Shown: one piece after another, positions 28,651 through 39,136 of the stretch | Layout of the letters: every line of letters starts with the position of its first letter | Position numbering within the stretch: position 1 is the first letter of the stretch | Origin: Candidatus Hadarchaeota archaeon | Lineage (GTDB): Archaea > CAYQAE01 > CAYVLA01 | NCBI GenBank assembly: GCA_964452145.1 | Contig: CAYVLA010000004.1 | Span: forward strand, 1-64,000 | DNA length: 64,000 nucleotides | Reading direction: 5' to 3' | The notes under the pieces: model-generated | What the model was told of the DNA's origin: nothing | Database searches by the model: none | What the model saw: only the letters and a program-made list of their open reading frames with translations | Program-made: the position numbers and the translations under genes

Positions 28651-30783
28651 ATGGAGGAAGACGACTTGATCGGACGCACATCGGGTTTCAGTGGCCTTCG
28701 TACCACCTATCAGATCAGTCCGGACGCAAAGCCCGCCCCGTCAAATGCGCGGAGGTTCACCCTGGGCACGGGTCCCGCCGAGGCTGCGGGCAACGAGCAA
28801 GGGCTATGGATCACCCTTGAGGTCGCCAAGGAGAACGGTCAGCGTTACGGGATCTGGCTGCTTGCAGCCTGTTATCCACCTGAGTCGATTGTGGATGCCC
28901 GCAGGGTGGTTTCCCGATACATCTTGAAGGAGGGGGAATGCTGTGCCTATGAGTTCTGGGACAGGTCCTCAGAGCGGGCCCTGCTTCCCTGTCTTGGCGC
29001 CTGGAGGTACCTTTTGCCCAGGGCCGATGGCGACTTTGATTTGGGGCATCCGCCCGAGTCCGTCTCTTATCTGGGCCATCCCTTCGAACTTGCGTCGTGC
29101 GACCCGGGGGAGCCCGCGGCTCCGCCACAGGCCGAGAGGCTCGAACTCCTCTCGGACGTGTTGGTCGGGGTCCCCCACAACACCAAGGCGGTCGACGACT
29201 TACGCCGATTCAACGGCTCCGACTATGAGTACGTTCGCCTGTCGCGGGATGACTACGTGGAGATGGCCGAGGCCGGGATGAACTGCTTCCGGGTGGATCT
29301 GGAGCAGGCGGGATGGCTGGAGGGACTGCCCGTCTTCTACTGGGGCGTCAAGCCCGCGGAGATCGGATTCCCTGAATGGCTGTATCGCAGCAACTACCTC
29401 GGCCCAGATCTTTTCTTCGATGAGCCTGCTGTGTGCACCCGGGATGGGGTGATCCGGCCGAGGCTTGAGGCGGATCGGAACTACCGAAGGCGCCTCAGCG
29501 TCCAAACCGTTCTGGAGGAGTTCCGGTCGTATTTCGACCGGGAGAAGGGGGAGGGGCCGCCCCTCAGGTTGATCAGGGGGCTGGCAGCCCGTCCCAATGT
29601 GAACCTGGGCGCGATGTGGTTTCCTCAGGAGAACCTCTACACATGGGAGACGATGGTGGGCTCCGCGGCGTACCAGCTTCGGGGTTCGGGTCCCCCATCA
29701 TGCATGGTCTTCGAGCCCCCGGGTCGGGTGGGAACGCTGCGAACCCTGCCTGAGATGAACATGGCCTACGGATGCCAGATCCCGGTGGATGACCCGAAAA
29801 ACCTGGCCAGCATCATCTTCGGCTTTCTCCGCGGCGCGGCCAGGGTCAGCCATAAGAGCTGGGGCACCAGCATATACGGACAGATGGACAGGGCCGATTC
29901 GTTCTGGTTCCTGACCCACGCCTATGATCTGGGTGCGACCCATTTCTTCTACTGGGACGCCTATCAGCTCGCCTGCGTGCCTCGCTCCGAATACATGGCT
30001 CTCTCCCGGTGCCTCAAGGCACGCGTCGAGACCAATCCCTCCAGGGATCTGGATGCTTTGGAGAAGGCGGGCGAGGTGGTCATACTCCTGCCTGCCGGGT
30101 ACAATCTCGGGCACGTCTACATGGGGAGAGGCCTGCTCTGGGGCCTGGGCGAGCTGAACCTGGAACGCGCCAACGGGTTGGGAGTGAAGCATCGGGTCAT
30201 CATGGCCAACTTCTTCGCCGAGATCGAGAGATGCATCAGGCTGGGGGTGGCCTTCGATCTGCTCTGGGACTTGGAAGGCTTGGATCTCTCCGGGTACAGG
30301 GAGATCGTCCGTGTCCGCGAGGATGGTCGCGTCGAGGTGGAGGAGGACGGGAGACGAGAGGTTCTTGATCGTGCCAGACAGCCCTCCCGTCCCGGGGGAC
30401 GGCCCCCCACTCTGAACCTTTCCCTATTCCCAGAGGCAGGGGTCCCGCCCCTGAAGGTCACCGCCACCTCAAGGATTGAGGAAGGATCGGCCAGAATCTA
30501 CTACACCACGGGCGCTGATTCACGGGGGGCGTACAACAACGTGATGGTCCTGCTGGAGTTGTTCGGTCCGGAGGACTGCGACTACCGGTCGCTTTCGACG
30601 GAGGGAATGTCGTTCCGTGACCTGGGGTGGATCTGCAGGAAGGACGGCCGGACAACAACCATAGAGGCTCCCTTCATCCTCGATTCGGAAGGGACGTATC
30701 GCATTCGATGCGCCACCTCGGACATGGCGGGACGCACCGCTGTGGCGTGGAAGACCGTGAAGGTGGGAACTCGGAAGGCCTAG
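28651..30783 (+). CDS. Hypothetical 710-aa protein, possible GH-like TIM barrel
   Basis: Long ORF; FFDEP and FLRGAAR..WG.S motifs, the latter shared with 58569-60752. Confidence 0.7.
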   Translation: MEEDDLIGRTSGFSGLRTTYQISPDAKPAPSNARRFTLGTGPAEAAGNEQGLWITLEVAKENGQRYGIWLLAACYPPESIVDARRVVSRYILKEGECCAYEFWDRSSERALLPCLGAWRYLLPRADGDFDLGHPPESVSYLGHPFELASCDPGEPAAPPQAERLELLSDVLVGVPHNTKAVDDLRRFNGSDYEYVRLSRDDYVEMAEAGMNCFRVDLEQAGWLEGLPVFYWGVKPAEIGFPEWLYRSNYLGPDLFFDEPAVCTRDGVIRPRLEADRNYRRRLSVQTVLEEFRSYFDREKGEGPPLRLIRGLAARPNVNLGAMWFPQENLYTWETMVGSAAYQLRGSGPPSCMVFEPPGRVGTLRTLPEMNMAYGCQIPVDDPKNLASIIFGFLRGAARVSHKSWGTSIYGQMDRADSFWFLTHAYDLGATHFFYWDAYQLACVPRSEYMALSRCLKARVETNPSRDLDALEKAGEVVILLPAGYNLGHVYMGRGLLWGLGELNLERANGLGVKHRVIMANFFAEIERCIRLGVAFDLLWDLEGLDLSGYREIVRVREDGRVEVEEDGRREVLDRARQPSRPGGRPPTLNLSLFPEAGVPPLKVTATSRIEEGSARIYYTTGADSRGAYNNVMVLLELFGPEDCDYRSLSTEGMSFRDLGWICRKDGRTTTIEAPFILDSEGTYRIRCATSDMAGRTAVAWKTVKVGTRKA

Positions 30784-30894
30784 CGAGCTGTTACATGTTA
30801 GGTATCTGGCTCTGCCGGGGTTTCGGTCATCTTCTCTGCGTAGGCATCGACGGACTCCTCGTCCGTCGGCGGAATCATCCATACGACTGGCAAG

Positions 30895-31461
30895 GTGGTC
30901 AAGTTCGCCGTAGAGGACCTTACCCCCGCCCTGATGATTGAGAGGGTGAGGGCCGTGGTCGAGGGAAGGATCAACATGCTCATCGAAGAACTCAGGGGCA
31001 GGATTGGAACCGAGGCTTTCGACATCCTCGTCGAGGTGGTCGAGGCTATCAGGAGAGGCAGGAGGAGGAGCGGCGAAGACGCCGAGATAGACCTCCCACC
31101 CGGGCATGACGATGACGTGTATGACGAGTGGGCCGGGTTCAGCGCGGTGTTCCATGACCGCTACTGCAACGTCACGATCCGGTATGACCTGACGAGCGCA
31201 CACAACCCTTGTCAGGGCGGGATCTATGGCTACGGGCCGATCGACCACCTCCTGACATGCACCGTGCATGCCTTTGTCTATGAGCAGGAGGAGCTGCAAC
31301 ACGCCCAGGAACTCGTCCGCGTGGCCCAAGCCCTGTGCGGATTCGGCATGGAAGGTGTAAGGGGGATAATCGGCGAGGTGGCTGCGGAGGCACTAACCGT
31401 ATCCAAGACAGGCGGCTACACTTTCAGCCGTGAGTCTCCCCACTCGGGAGCGTCGAGGTGA
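30895..31461 (+). CDS. Hypothetical protein
   Basis: 188-aa ORF with plausible composition; no motif. Confidence 0.5.
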   Translation: MVKFAVEDLTPALMIERVRAVVEGRINMLIEELRGRIGTEAFDILVEVVEAIRRGRRRSGEDAEIDLPPGHDDDVYDEWAGFSAVFHDRYCNVTIRYDLTSAHNPCQGGIYGYGPIDHLLTCTVHAFVYEQEELQHAQELVRVAQALCGFGMEGVRGIIGEVAAEALTVSKTGGYTFSRESPHSGASR

Positions 31462-31801
31462 AGCTTGACTACCCCTTCAAGCTGTTGAGCCCCCCAGAGG
31501 GCATAGCCAGCTGCTACTTCGTCTTCCTGTCAGAAATCCGCCACAGTGCCTCTGGTGACTACCGGCTTGATGTCGACTTCTTCGGCCCAGTTGCGGTCGA
31601 ATTGGGGAACGATTCCTAGGGAACTGGCCGGTCAGCGTCTCCGCGGATCTACCCTGGGGTTGAGATGGCAGCGGGGTCCATCCAAGGCCTAGAGCATATC
31701 TCGGTCTGCGGAGCCATGCACATGCCTTTCGGGAGTTGGTAGGAGGAAGGAGATCTGCGAAACCGATCATGAATCAGCACCCGCCACGAGCACCACGCCA
31801 A

Positions 31802-32944
31802 CTAGCTAAGGGGCAGCACCAGGTCCTCGATGTCCTCCTCCCCATCCCACCTCCGGAAGTCCGGGACCGTGTAGGCCCTTCCATAGCTCAGGATGGACTT
31901 CTCGGATACAAGCCCCGGCACGGTGAAGTCCATGGCCCTATACACGTCGATTCTGGGAGTGGAATCTGACAATATGCTGTCCACGAAATCCCTGATCTCG
32001 AAGTAATCGCCGCCTCCGTGGCCGGCTCGCAGAGCCTCCTCCGAGGGATTCCTCCACATCTCCGGCAAGTATTCCTGCTCGAAGTCCCACAGAGACCTCC
32101 ACTCCACCTTCCCGTCCGAGTAGTCGGCCAGCCAGACCTTGTGCTCGTCCCCGAAGCCCCTGGGGGATTCGTAGCATCCCTTGGTGCCCTGTATGGAGTA
32201 GTAGGTCATGTTGTGCGGACGGTTCGACATCATGTCCAGGCGGATCTTGATCAGCGATTCCCTCTTCGTCCTGCAGATCATGATCACAGTGTCGTCATGG
32301 GGGTGTTCGGGGTTCGTGTGAACGCCTGATCCCTCGCAGGTCACGTAGGCGACCTTGTCGTCGAACCACTCCAGGACCGGCCCTAGGCTGTGGGTTCCGT
32401 AGGTGCAGCCCCTTTTGCCAACCTGCCAGATGGTTCTCCAAGTGTGCCTGCCTTGGGCATCGTGATGCATGTGCTTCACATCGTGGACGTACTCACCCTC
32501 CCCGAAGTACACCTCGCCGAAGAGACCCTTTCTGACCATGTCGCCCACAAGGACCACGGGCTTCCTGTAGCAGTAGTTCTCGGCCATCATGTACTTGGCA
32601 TCGCTTTCCCTGACGGTCCTCACCAGCTCTTCGCATTGCCTTAGGGATACCGCAGCCGTGACCTCGCTCAAGACATTGATGCCGCGCTTGAGCGCGGCCG
32701 CCGACTGGGCAACGTGGAACTGCATGGGCGTGCCGATTACTACGATGTCAAGATCCTCCTTCTCAAGCATCTGGTCGTAGTCTGTGTATCTGGCGGGGAT
32801 GCCGTGCCTGTCGGCGATCTCGGTCAGACGCTTCGCGTCTACGTCGCATATGCTGGTGACCTCGGTCTCCCGTATCGACCGGAAGACCCCGACGAAGCCA
32901 CTGCCCCTGGGGGCACCGGCCAGCCCGACCTTGAGCTTGTCCAT
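31802..32944 (-). CDS. Gfo/Idh/MocA family oxidoreductase
   Basis: KVGLAG, VLSEVTA, MMAENYCY, EGEYVHD, YGTHSLGP and GHGGGD. Confidence 0.92.
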   Translation of the reverse strand: MDKLKVGLAGAPRGSGFVGVFRSIRETEVTSICDVDAKRLTEIADRHGIPARYTDYDQMLEKEDLDIVVIGTPMQFHVAQSAAALKRGINVLSEVTAAVSLRQCEELVRTVRESDAKYMMAENYCYRKPVVLVGDMVRKGLFGEVYFGEGEYVHDVKHMHHDAQGRHTWRTIWQVGKRGCTYGTHSLGPVLEWFDDKVAYVTCEGSGVHTNPEHPHDDTVIMICRTKRESLIKIRLDMMSNRPHNMTYYSIQGTKGCYESPRGFGDEHKVWLADYSDGKVEWRSLWDFEQEYLPEMWRNPSEEALRAGHGGGDYFEIRDFVDSILSDSTPRIDVYRAMDFTVPGLVSEKSILSYGRAYTVPDFRRWDGEEDIEDLVLPLS

Positions 32945-33065
32945 GACAGAGGGTGGGCAGGGACCGATATCAATGTGCTGTTGAGAGTCAGAAAAGTGAG
33001 GAACCCGTTCCATAACGAGGATTCTGACCTACCAACGGAACCTGCGGAATCGTGATCCTCTCGGA

Positions 33066-33157
33066 CGGGCCGGGCGGGATTTGAACCCGCGGCTTGCAGC
33101 TTTCTTCCAAAGAAGAGATAGGAGGCTGCCGCCCTGTCCTAGCTAGGCCACCGGCCC
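33066..33157 (-). tRNA. tRNA-Arg(CCU) with 17-nt intron at 37/38 (33102-33118); CCA not encoded
   Basis: GGGCCGG acceptor stem, GCAGC-CT-CCT-A[intron]A-GCTGC anticodon arm and GGTTCAAATCC T-arm. Confidence 0.9.
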
Positions 33158-33190
33158 AGGTAACGCCCGAATCTGGCTTCAGGACATTCA

Positions 33191-33205
33191 TTATATATCT
33201 TTTCG
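33191..33205 (-). promoter_or_regulatory. BRE/TATA promoter of tRNA-Arg
   Basis: Minus strand CGAAAAG-ATATATAA, about 35-48 nt upstream of the tRNA 5' end. Confidence 0.7.
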
Positions 33206-33327
33206 CAAACAAACAAGCTGACAAGCCGACCGTCTCCCTTTCCGGTCCCGCAGCCCATCAAGATACACTTTAATACGTGACCCCGGTCCGGGAGGGCCGA
33301 AGCCGCCGCGGGCTTTTCGGTGATTGT

Positions 33328-34464
33328 ATGAGCGAACGCGTGGGTCTAGCCGCCATAGGGACCGGCGGGATCTTCCAGGGCGCGCATATGCCCCAGTATC
33401 TCAGGATACCGCAGCTGGATTTCGTCGGCGTGTTCGACGTCGACAAGAGCATGGCCGAGGCCGCCGTGAAGAGGTACGAATCCATCAGGGCCGAGGCGAT
33501 GGGGGAGGCCGCCAAGTCGCTGCCACTGCCCAAGGTATATACAACCATCGAGGAGATCGTCAGGGATGACGACGTGACCATGGTGGACGTCTGCACCCCG
33601 CCCTTTGCAAGAGACATGATCATCGATCTGCTCAAGGCTGGCAAACACGTATGCGCCGAGAAGCCCATGTGCCGCAACTACCTGGAAGCAAAGCCCATCG
33701 CCGAGGCCGCCAAGGACACGGGGAGCCTCTACCAGCATAACGAGAACTGGTGCTACGACGGTTACCGGTACACCCTCCAGAAGCTCCTGAAGGAGGATCT
33801 CGGCGTCCCACTGGTGGGCATGCACTCCGAGGGACACGGCGGACCCGAGGGCAAGGAGTGGTTCTGGAGCCCGGATCTGGGTGGCGGCGGCACTCTTCTT
33901 GACAACGGCATACATCCCATCACCGGGAGCTGGTATCTGCTCGGCTTCGATGACTGGAGGCCGGCCAGGGTCAAGGCGGTCAAGCTGGGCATCAAGTATC
34001 CCTGGCGGATGATCGGCGGGTTCTACCAGAAGGTCCAGGTCGAGGACCACGCCCACGTGAAGATAATCTACGAGAACGCAACCGGCGACACATCTCTGGC
34101 ACTGGTTGAGGCAAGCTGGAGCTGGACCTTCCTAAGATCCTTCATCCAGGCCGAGAAGGGCTCGGCACACGAGGAGGCCGGGGACATCGTCATGGACATC
34201 TACGGCTACGGCCAGAGGAGAATCAAGATACCCCAGATCAGCGGGACCTGGGGCGAGCTGAACAACTTCGTCCAGTGCATCCTGCGCAAGCAGCGATCGA
34301 TCACCGACGAGGATGTCGGATTGCAGAGCATGGCTATCGTGGGCGCCGCGTATCTATCCAAACTGAGGGGCAGGACCGTCACTCTGGACGAGTTCACCAA
34401 GTGGGCAGAGGAGATCGGTGACCACAACAAGCTCAGGCGCCAGATGCTCAAGGCCTGCCAGTAG
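33328..34464 (+). CDS. Gfo/Idh/MocA family oxidoreductase
   Basis: IGTGGIF, GKHVCAEKPM and GGGTLLDNGIH. Confidence 0.9.
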   Translation: MSERVGLAAIGTGGIFQGAHMPQYLRIPQLDFVGVFDVDKSMAEAAVKRYESIRAEAMGEAAKSLPLPKVYTTIEEIVRDDDVTMVDVCTPPFARDMIIDLLKAGKHVCAEKPMCRNYLEAKPIAEAAKDTGSLYQHNENWCYDGYRYTLQKLLKEDLGVPLVGMHSEGHGGPEGKEWFWSPDLGGGGTLLDNGIHPITGSWYLLGFDDWRPARVKAVKLGIKYPWRMIGGFYQKVQVEDHAHVKIIYENATGDTSLALVEASWSWTFLRSFIQAEKGSAHEEAGDIVMDIYGYGQRRIKIPQISGTWGELNNFVQCILRKQRSITDEDVGLQSMAIVGAAYLSKLRGRTVTLDEFTKWAEEIGDHNKLRRQMLKACQ

Positions 34465-34517
34465 GAAGGGTGGACGGGTCCGATTTAAATCTGGGCGATG
34501 TCCGTCTGGCAACTGCG

Positions 34518-35837
34518 ATGAGTGATCCCGAGACACCCAGGATACTGAGGGCGATAAAGGCGGGGTCCCCTCCCTACATGGAGACCGGAAGGATCCCCAG
34601 CTCCAAGAGCGATGCAAGGTGTATCCTGTGCCGGGGTGCCAAGCTGCTCTGCGGCAAGACGCGATGCCCCATTATGGTCAGGTTCTATGCCCAGACGAGG
34701 ATCGCCCCGTCGGTAGACCGGCTTGAGATGGAGGGCGCCTCACCGCCGGGGGTCTTCGTGGGACGCATGGGATACCCGAAGGTCTTGGTGGGGCCCCTGA
34801 TCCCCCCCGACCACGGCGACACCTCGGTGATGGACACTCCCGAGCTGTGGCTTGGTAAGACCATCGATGAGATCGTCGATCTCCGGTTCAGGCTCGTACG
34901 GGGAAAGAGAGGAGTTGATGTACGCCAGGTGGACTCCGGGGGGAAGGTCGTGGAGATGACAAGGGAACTGGCCATGGCCAGGGGACCCGCGGAGGTTGAC
35001 GCTGAGTTCGCCAAGAAGCCCTCCGGGAGGATTATTCTGGATGACGAGATCCAACCCTTCGGCCCCTCGGCACCGATCAAGAGCATGAACCTTGGGACCT
35101 ACCGCTTGGACCCCAAGATCGAGAAGGCGCATTTCGACTCGGACCTGAAAGCCCTCCCCGCGATCCTTGATCTGTACGGCGACGGGGTCTACGTCTCGAA
35201 GATACAGAGGGCCTTCAGCGTCGGGGCCTTCGGCGAGGAGGAGGCAAGGCGCTTTGTGCCAACTCGCTGGAGCATAACAGCCGTGGACAGCATGCTCTCC
35301 AAGAACCTCGTGAAGAGGGTTAGACGACATCCTCTCGTGAACGAGTACAGGGTCTACGAGTCCTGGTCTTTGGATAACCGCTTCGAGGTCCTCATGCTTC
35401 CCTCGGCGTGGAGCTATGAGCTGGTGGAGGCATGGTACCCCAACACCGCATGGAATCCTTCGGGAACCAGAGTAGCCATTTTTTCCTCCTCTGAGGGCTT
35501 CAGGGGCAGAACGACTTACGCCGAGATAGGGGGCTGCTACTACGCTGCCAGGCTTGCCACATGCGAGCAGCTTGACCGCGAGAGGAGGCAGGCCTCGGTA
35601 GTCATCTTGAGGGAGAGCCATCCTGGCTATATCATGCCGGTGGGAGTGTGGAACGTCAGGGAGAACGTCAGGAACGCGGTGCAAGGCCGCTATGTAGGCT
35701 TCGACACGCTCCACGGGGCGCTTTCGCACATTGCCTCTAGGCTGGACATAGACCTGGCGACTTGGATCAGGAATAGCAAGGTCCTCCAAGACAGGATTTA
35801 CCAGAGGAAGGTAGACGACTTCGTTCCCCTGGCCTGA
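34518..35837 (+). CDS. nreA: Nre family DNA repair protein
   Basis: CxxCxG..LCGxxxCP, SPPGVFVGR.GYP, VPTRWSITAVD, GGCYYAARL, PVGVWNVRE; C-terminal PIP-like QRKVDDFV; TTTAAA upstream. Confidence 0.92.
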   Translation: MSDPETPRILRAIKAGSPPYMETGRIPSSKSDARCILCRGAKLLCGKTRCPIMVRFYAQTRIAPSVDRLEMEGASPPGVFVGRMGYPKVLVGPLIPPDHGDTSVMDTPELWLGKTIDEIVDLRFRLVRGKRGVDVRQVDSGGKVVEMTRELAMARGPAEVDAEFAKKPSGRIILDDEIQPFGPSAPIKSMNLGTYRLDPKIEKAHFDSDLKALPAILDLYGDGVYVSKIQRAFSVGAFGEEEARRFVPTRWSITAVDSMLSKNLVKRVRRHPLVNEYRVYESWSLDNRFEVLMLPSAWSYELVEAWYPNTAWNPSGTRVAIFSSSEGFRGRTTYAEIGGCYYAARLATCEQLDRERRQASVVILRESHPGYIMPVGVWNVRENVRNAVQGRYVGFDTLHGALSHIASRLDIDLATWIRNSKVLQDRIYQRKVDDFVPLA

Positions 35838-35840
35838 ATC

Positions 35841-37424
35841 TCACCGAATCGTGTACTCCACCGTGGTGAACATCGGTCCCCGGATATCGATCCTTTTGTT
35901 GTTGGATTCCACGTATCTCCTTATCGCCATTGGAATTGAGAGAGAGATATCCGAGGCGGAGCGGACGTTCCCGACTCTGACCTGTCTGGTGCCCAGCAGC
36001 CCCTCCGCTGCCTCTCTCTCCATCTGGGCGGCCACATAATCGGCCAGACATCGGAGGTACGTCAGCCCCTCGGCTCGGTAACCCTCCTTCTCTGGAGGGA
36101 GAGCCAAGATGTCTCCATCACGCACTCTCAGTACGTTGAAACCCGCCGGGCCTATGAGCTTGACCCCGCTTTCCGTTTCCACCAAATCCACCGAGACGTG
36201 GCGCTTGGCCAATCTGCCCTCCCATGCCTGAAATCTGCACGGGGACGGGGCGTCGGCCTGCCTGCCCGCGACCTCGACGATCGCGTCGGATATATTCCTG
36301 CCGCGAGCAGTCCTGGGCGAGCGTGCCGGCCTCAGACTCTTCTCCATCTCCTCGTCGGTGAAGGAGGGAGGAAGGTAGATCTCGGGATATGTGAGGTCCC
36401 TAAGATCGGATACGCCCTCCGCTATCATGGCGAGTCTCCCGATGCTGAGGCCCATGTTGAAGACGGGGTAGGGAATGCCGTAGCGGGCCAAAGCCACCGG
36501 GGAGTACATCCCCAAGTCGGCGATCTCCATGCCCAGATCGCCCTCATCCTTCTTCATGGAGGGGTGGACGGCGAAGACCTCCTCCTCGGTCTTGGGGGCG
36601 TAGTACTTCGAGGTGGCCTCCTTCCTGGCGAAGGTGATGGTGCGGAATCCCAGGGCTCGGATGATCTTCCGGGCCATAGATCTCCCATCGTCCAAGGCGA
36701 ACCCGTCATCCATGACGACGATGGACGCGTTGTAGTGGCTCCTGAGATGGGTTGCATCCTCGCGCTGTTCGCGCCTCATGCGGATCCCGGTTGTGAAGAG
36801 CATGACCGGTGGCACCTTCTTCTCAAGCACCTCGGCCAGGATCGGGAACCAGGCGGTCGTGAAGTGTGACAGGACCGTCAGATTGGTGGGCACCGGCTGG
36901 AGCTTCTTAAGCTCCGCGAAGACCTTATCGATCATTTCCGTGGCCTTCTCCTCGGGCAGGTTCAGGCGCTTGACCATTTCCCCGATGAAGTCGTCGCTTT
37001 CTATCCTGCCGGCCTTGTACTCTCTGAGAAGCTCTGCCAGCCGATCCACCGCTTGGAAACCCGGCACTACCCTCTCTATCTGCTTCAGCTTGGTCTGGGA
37101 CAGGCCTATCTCAGGCCTGGGGAGACCGGCCAGATAGTAACACCGGTCCAGTATCAACGCGGCCTCCGGACCGTACTGCTTCTTGACGTGTTCGTCCTCC
37201 CAGATGAGCGGCGTTATCACTTCGTCGAATCCAAGTCTAAGCAGGATGCTACGTATCCGCTGACGGGCCGTCTCAATGGCATGGGGTCTCCCCTTCCTTC
37301 TGGGTGCCCGGAGGGTTTCCCCTTCCAGGTTGACCAGACACCCGGTTTCGAGCCAGGCGGCCTCAAAGTCCCGTTCGGCCTTATCCCTGATGTCCTCGGG
37401 GTTCCAGGGAGCCACGCTCTTCAC
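35841..37424 (-). CDS. sepS: O-phosphoseryl-tRNA(Cys) synthetase
   Basis: KQYGPEAALILDRCYYLAGLPRP, SHFTTAWF, RREQREDATHL, SKYYAP.TEEEV, YSPVALARYGI and IDIRGPMF. Confidence 0.93.
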   Translation of the reverse strand: MKSVAPWNPEDIRDKAERDFEAAWLETGCLVNLEGETLRAPRRKGRPHAIETARQRIRSILLRLGFDEVITPLIWEDEHVKKQYGPEAALILDRCYYLAGLPRPEIGLSQTKLKQIERVVPGFQAVDRLAELLREYKAGRIESDDFIGEMVKRLNLPEEKATEMIDKVFAELKKLQPVPTNLTVLSHFTTAWFPILAEVLEKKVPPVMLFTTGIRMRREQREDATHLRSHYNASIVVMDDGFALDDGRSMARKIIRALGFRTITFARKEATSKYYAPKTEEEVFAVHPSMKKDEGDLGMEIADLGMYSPVALARYGIPYPVFNMGLSIGRLAMIAEGVSDLRDLTYPEIYLPPSFTDEEMEKSLRPARSPRTARGRNISDAIVEVAGRQADAPSPCRFQAWEGRLAKRHVSVDLVETESGVKLIGPAGFNVLRVRDGDILALPPEKEGYRAEGLTYLRCLADYVAAQMEREAAEGLLGTRQVRVGNVRSASDISLSIPMAIRRYVESNNKRIDIRGPMFTTVEYTIR

Positions 37425-38032
37425 TTCTTCTTGCTCTGCAGCCTCTGCAGGAAGTCGGCTTGGAGGACCGCATTTGTGACGTCAGCCCTAGTCCTCTCCA
37501 AGAGGCTTCTGGCCACATCCTGCTTTCTCCTCAGATCCCCCACGATTGCCTTCGGGTAGTCAAACCCGAGGAGCATCTCGTACATCGTCTCTGCGATCTC
37601 CAGGTAGTCCTCGGCGTCCCTGGTCTGCCGCTTGCGAAGGAGGTTCAGGATATGCCTCCTGATCTCGCCTATGGCATCGCCCAGGCCGTTCAGGTACGAT
37701 GCCGGGGATACCCCGATCTCGGCGAAGCTCGGCATCCTTCTCTCCGTAAGGAGCTTCATGACAACGATCAGCTCGGCGTACTCAGCCATGGCCGACTCGA
37801 CCGAGTTGGAGTGAAGCAAGTCGGGGTGGGTCTCAAGATCTCCGCGCAGCTCTGCCGCGATCTGGCCCGCAATCCTAGCCCGCTCCTCAGCCTCCTGCCG
37901 TTTTCCCCTGTGCAGATGCCGAATACCCTCCCCGCAGGCCCTTATCAGCGCTCGGGTCCTCTTGATGGATGTCTCCCTGGCCTGGTCCTTTTGCTTGAGC
38001 ATCTCGTGAATGGACTCCGCATCCTCTGACAA
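37421..38032 (-). CDS. Translin family protein
   Basis: AEYAEL, YLNGLGDAIGEIRR, FDYPKAI and LRRKQDVARSLLERT; overlaps sepS start by 4 nt. Confidence 0.88.
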   Translation of the reverse strand: MSEDAESIHEMLKQKDQARETSIKRTRALIRACGEGIRHLHRGKRQEAEERARIAGQIAAELRGDLETHPDLLHSNSVESAMAEYAELIVVMKLLTERRMPSFAEIGVSPASYLNGLGDAIGEIRRHILNLLRKRQTRDAEDYLEIAETMYEMLLGFDYPKAIVGDLRRKQDVARSLLERTRADVTNAVLQADFLQRLQSKKK

Positions 38033-38178
38033 AGTTGGTACTTGGATGCCTGCGCCGTAGTTAAGTCTTTTCGGCTCAGGAGATGCGACCGATGGTGGCC
38101 AAGCGTCAAGCGTTCCCAGGGAACATATATGACCGAAGCATCGAGGGAGCTTTGTTGGCTACTGAAGGATCCTGCCCC

Positions 38179-39117
38179 ATGCACGAGACGATGTACAGCA
38201 CCCTGCGCAAACAGGGCTATGGGTTGGTCGGGCGACATTCGGGCGTGAAGCTGTGTCACTGGCTTCGCAAGAGCCTCAGGGGGGAGGGGCACTGCTACAA
38301 GGAGGAGTTCTACGGGATAGAATCCCACCGTTGCCTCCAGATGTCCCCGGCGGTGGCCAACTGCACCTTCAAGTGCATCTACTGCTGGCGACCAGTCGAC
38401 CTGACCGACAGCACGTACATCGCCGATCCGGACGATCCTTCCGAGATAGTCGACGGGTCGGTCCAAGCCCACCGGAAGCTTGTGAGCGGATACGGAGGGG
38501 TGCCGGACATCGTCGACCGGGGCAAGTTTCACGAGGCATGCGACCCCACGCACGCCGCGATATCCCTAGCGGGGGAGCCCACCCTCTACCCTCGACTGGG
38601 CGAGCTGATCGATGAGTACCGCAAGAGAAGGATGACCGCATTCCTTGTCACTAATGGTTCGCTCCCCAAGGCCTTGTCGGACCTGTCCCGGGAGCCGACC
38701 CAGCTCTACGTCTCCCTGTCAGCCCCGACGGAGCCCCTGCATCTGGAGGTGAACCGCCCCCTGGTCAAGGGCTCGTGGAAGTCGATCCAGGACAGCCTAG
38801 AGCTGGTGCAATCCTTCCGGTGCCGAACGGTGATTCGGTTGACGATGGTCCGCGGCCTGAACATGGTGGAGGCTGGGAGATACTCCGAGCTGATACGGAA
38901 GGCGCGTCCAGACTTCGTGGAAGTCAAGGCCTACATGTTCGTCGGGTGGTCGAGGTACAGGCTATGCATTGGTAACATGCCGTCTTTCGGAGATATCGCC
39001 GGATTTGCAGACGAAATATCCGCCAAGTCCGGGTACCGGAAGCTGGACGAGTCTGCATCCAGTCGTGTGGTGCTTCTCGGGGGCGGGGAGATCCCGCCTA
39101 AGATCAGCCGGGATTAG
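38179..39117 (+). CDS. taw1: 4-demethylwyosine synthase TYW1 (radical SAM)
   Basis: HSGVKLCHW, CYKEEFYGIESHRCLQM, CTFKCIYCWR, AISLAGEPTLY and EVKAYMFVGWSR. Confidence 0.95.
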   Translation: MHETMYSTLRKQGYGLVGRHSGVKLCHWLRKSLRGEGHCYKEEFYGIESHRCLQMSPAVANCTFKCIYCWRPVDLTDSTYIADPDDPSEIVDGSVQAHRKLVSGYGGVPDIVDRGKFHEACDPTHAAISLAGEPTLYPRLGELIDEYRKRRMTAFLVTNGSLPKALSDLSREPTQLYVSLSAPTEPLHLEVNRPLVKGSWKSIQDSLELVQSFRCRTVIRLTMVRGLNMVEAGRYSELIRKARPDFVEVKAYMFVGWSRYRLCIGNMPSFGDIAGFADEISAKSGYRKLDESASSRVVLLGGGEIPPKISRD

Positions 39118-39136
39118 CTCCCCGCGCCAGCCTCGC

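Noticed and set aside
31458..31742. 53-aa ORF (GTGA overlap) whose frame stays open 40 codons past TAG 31617-31619; possible pyrrolysine read-through
   Set aside because: No recognisable protein and no pyl genes in the window; open stretches of this length are common in GC-rich DNA.
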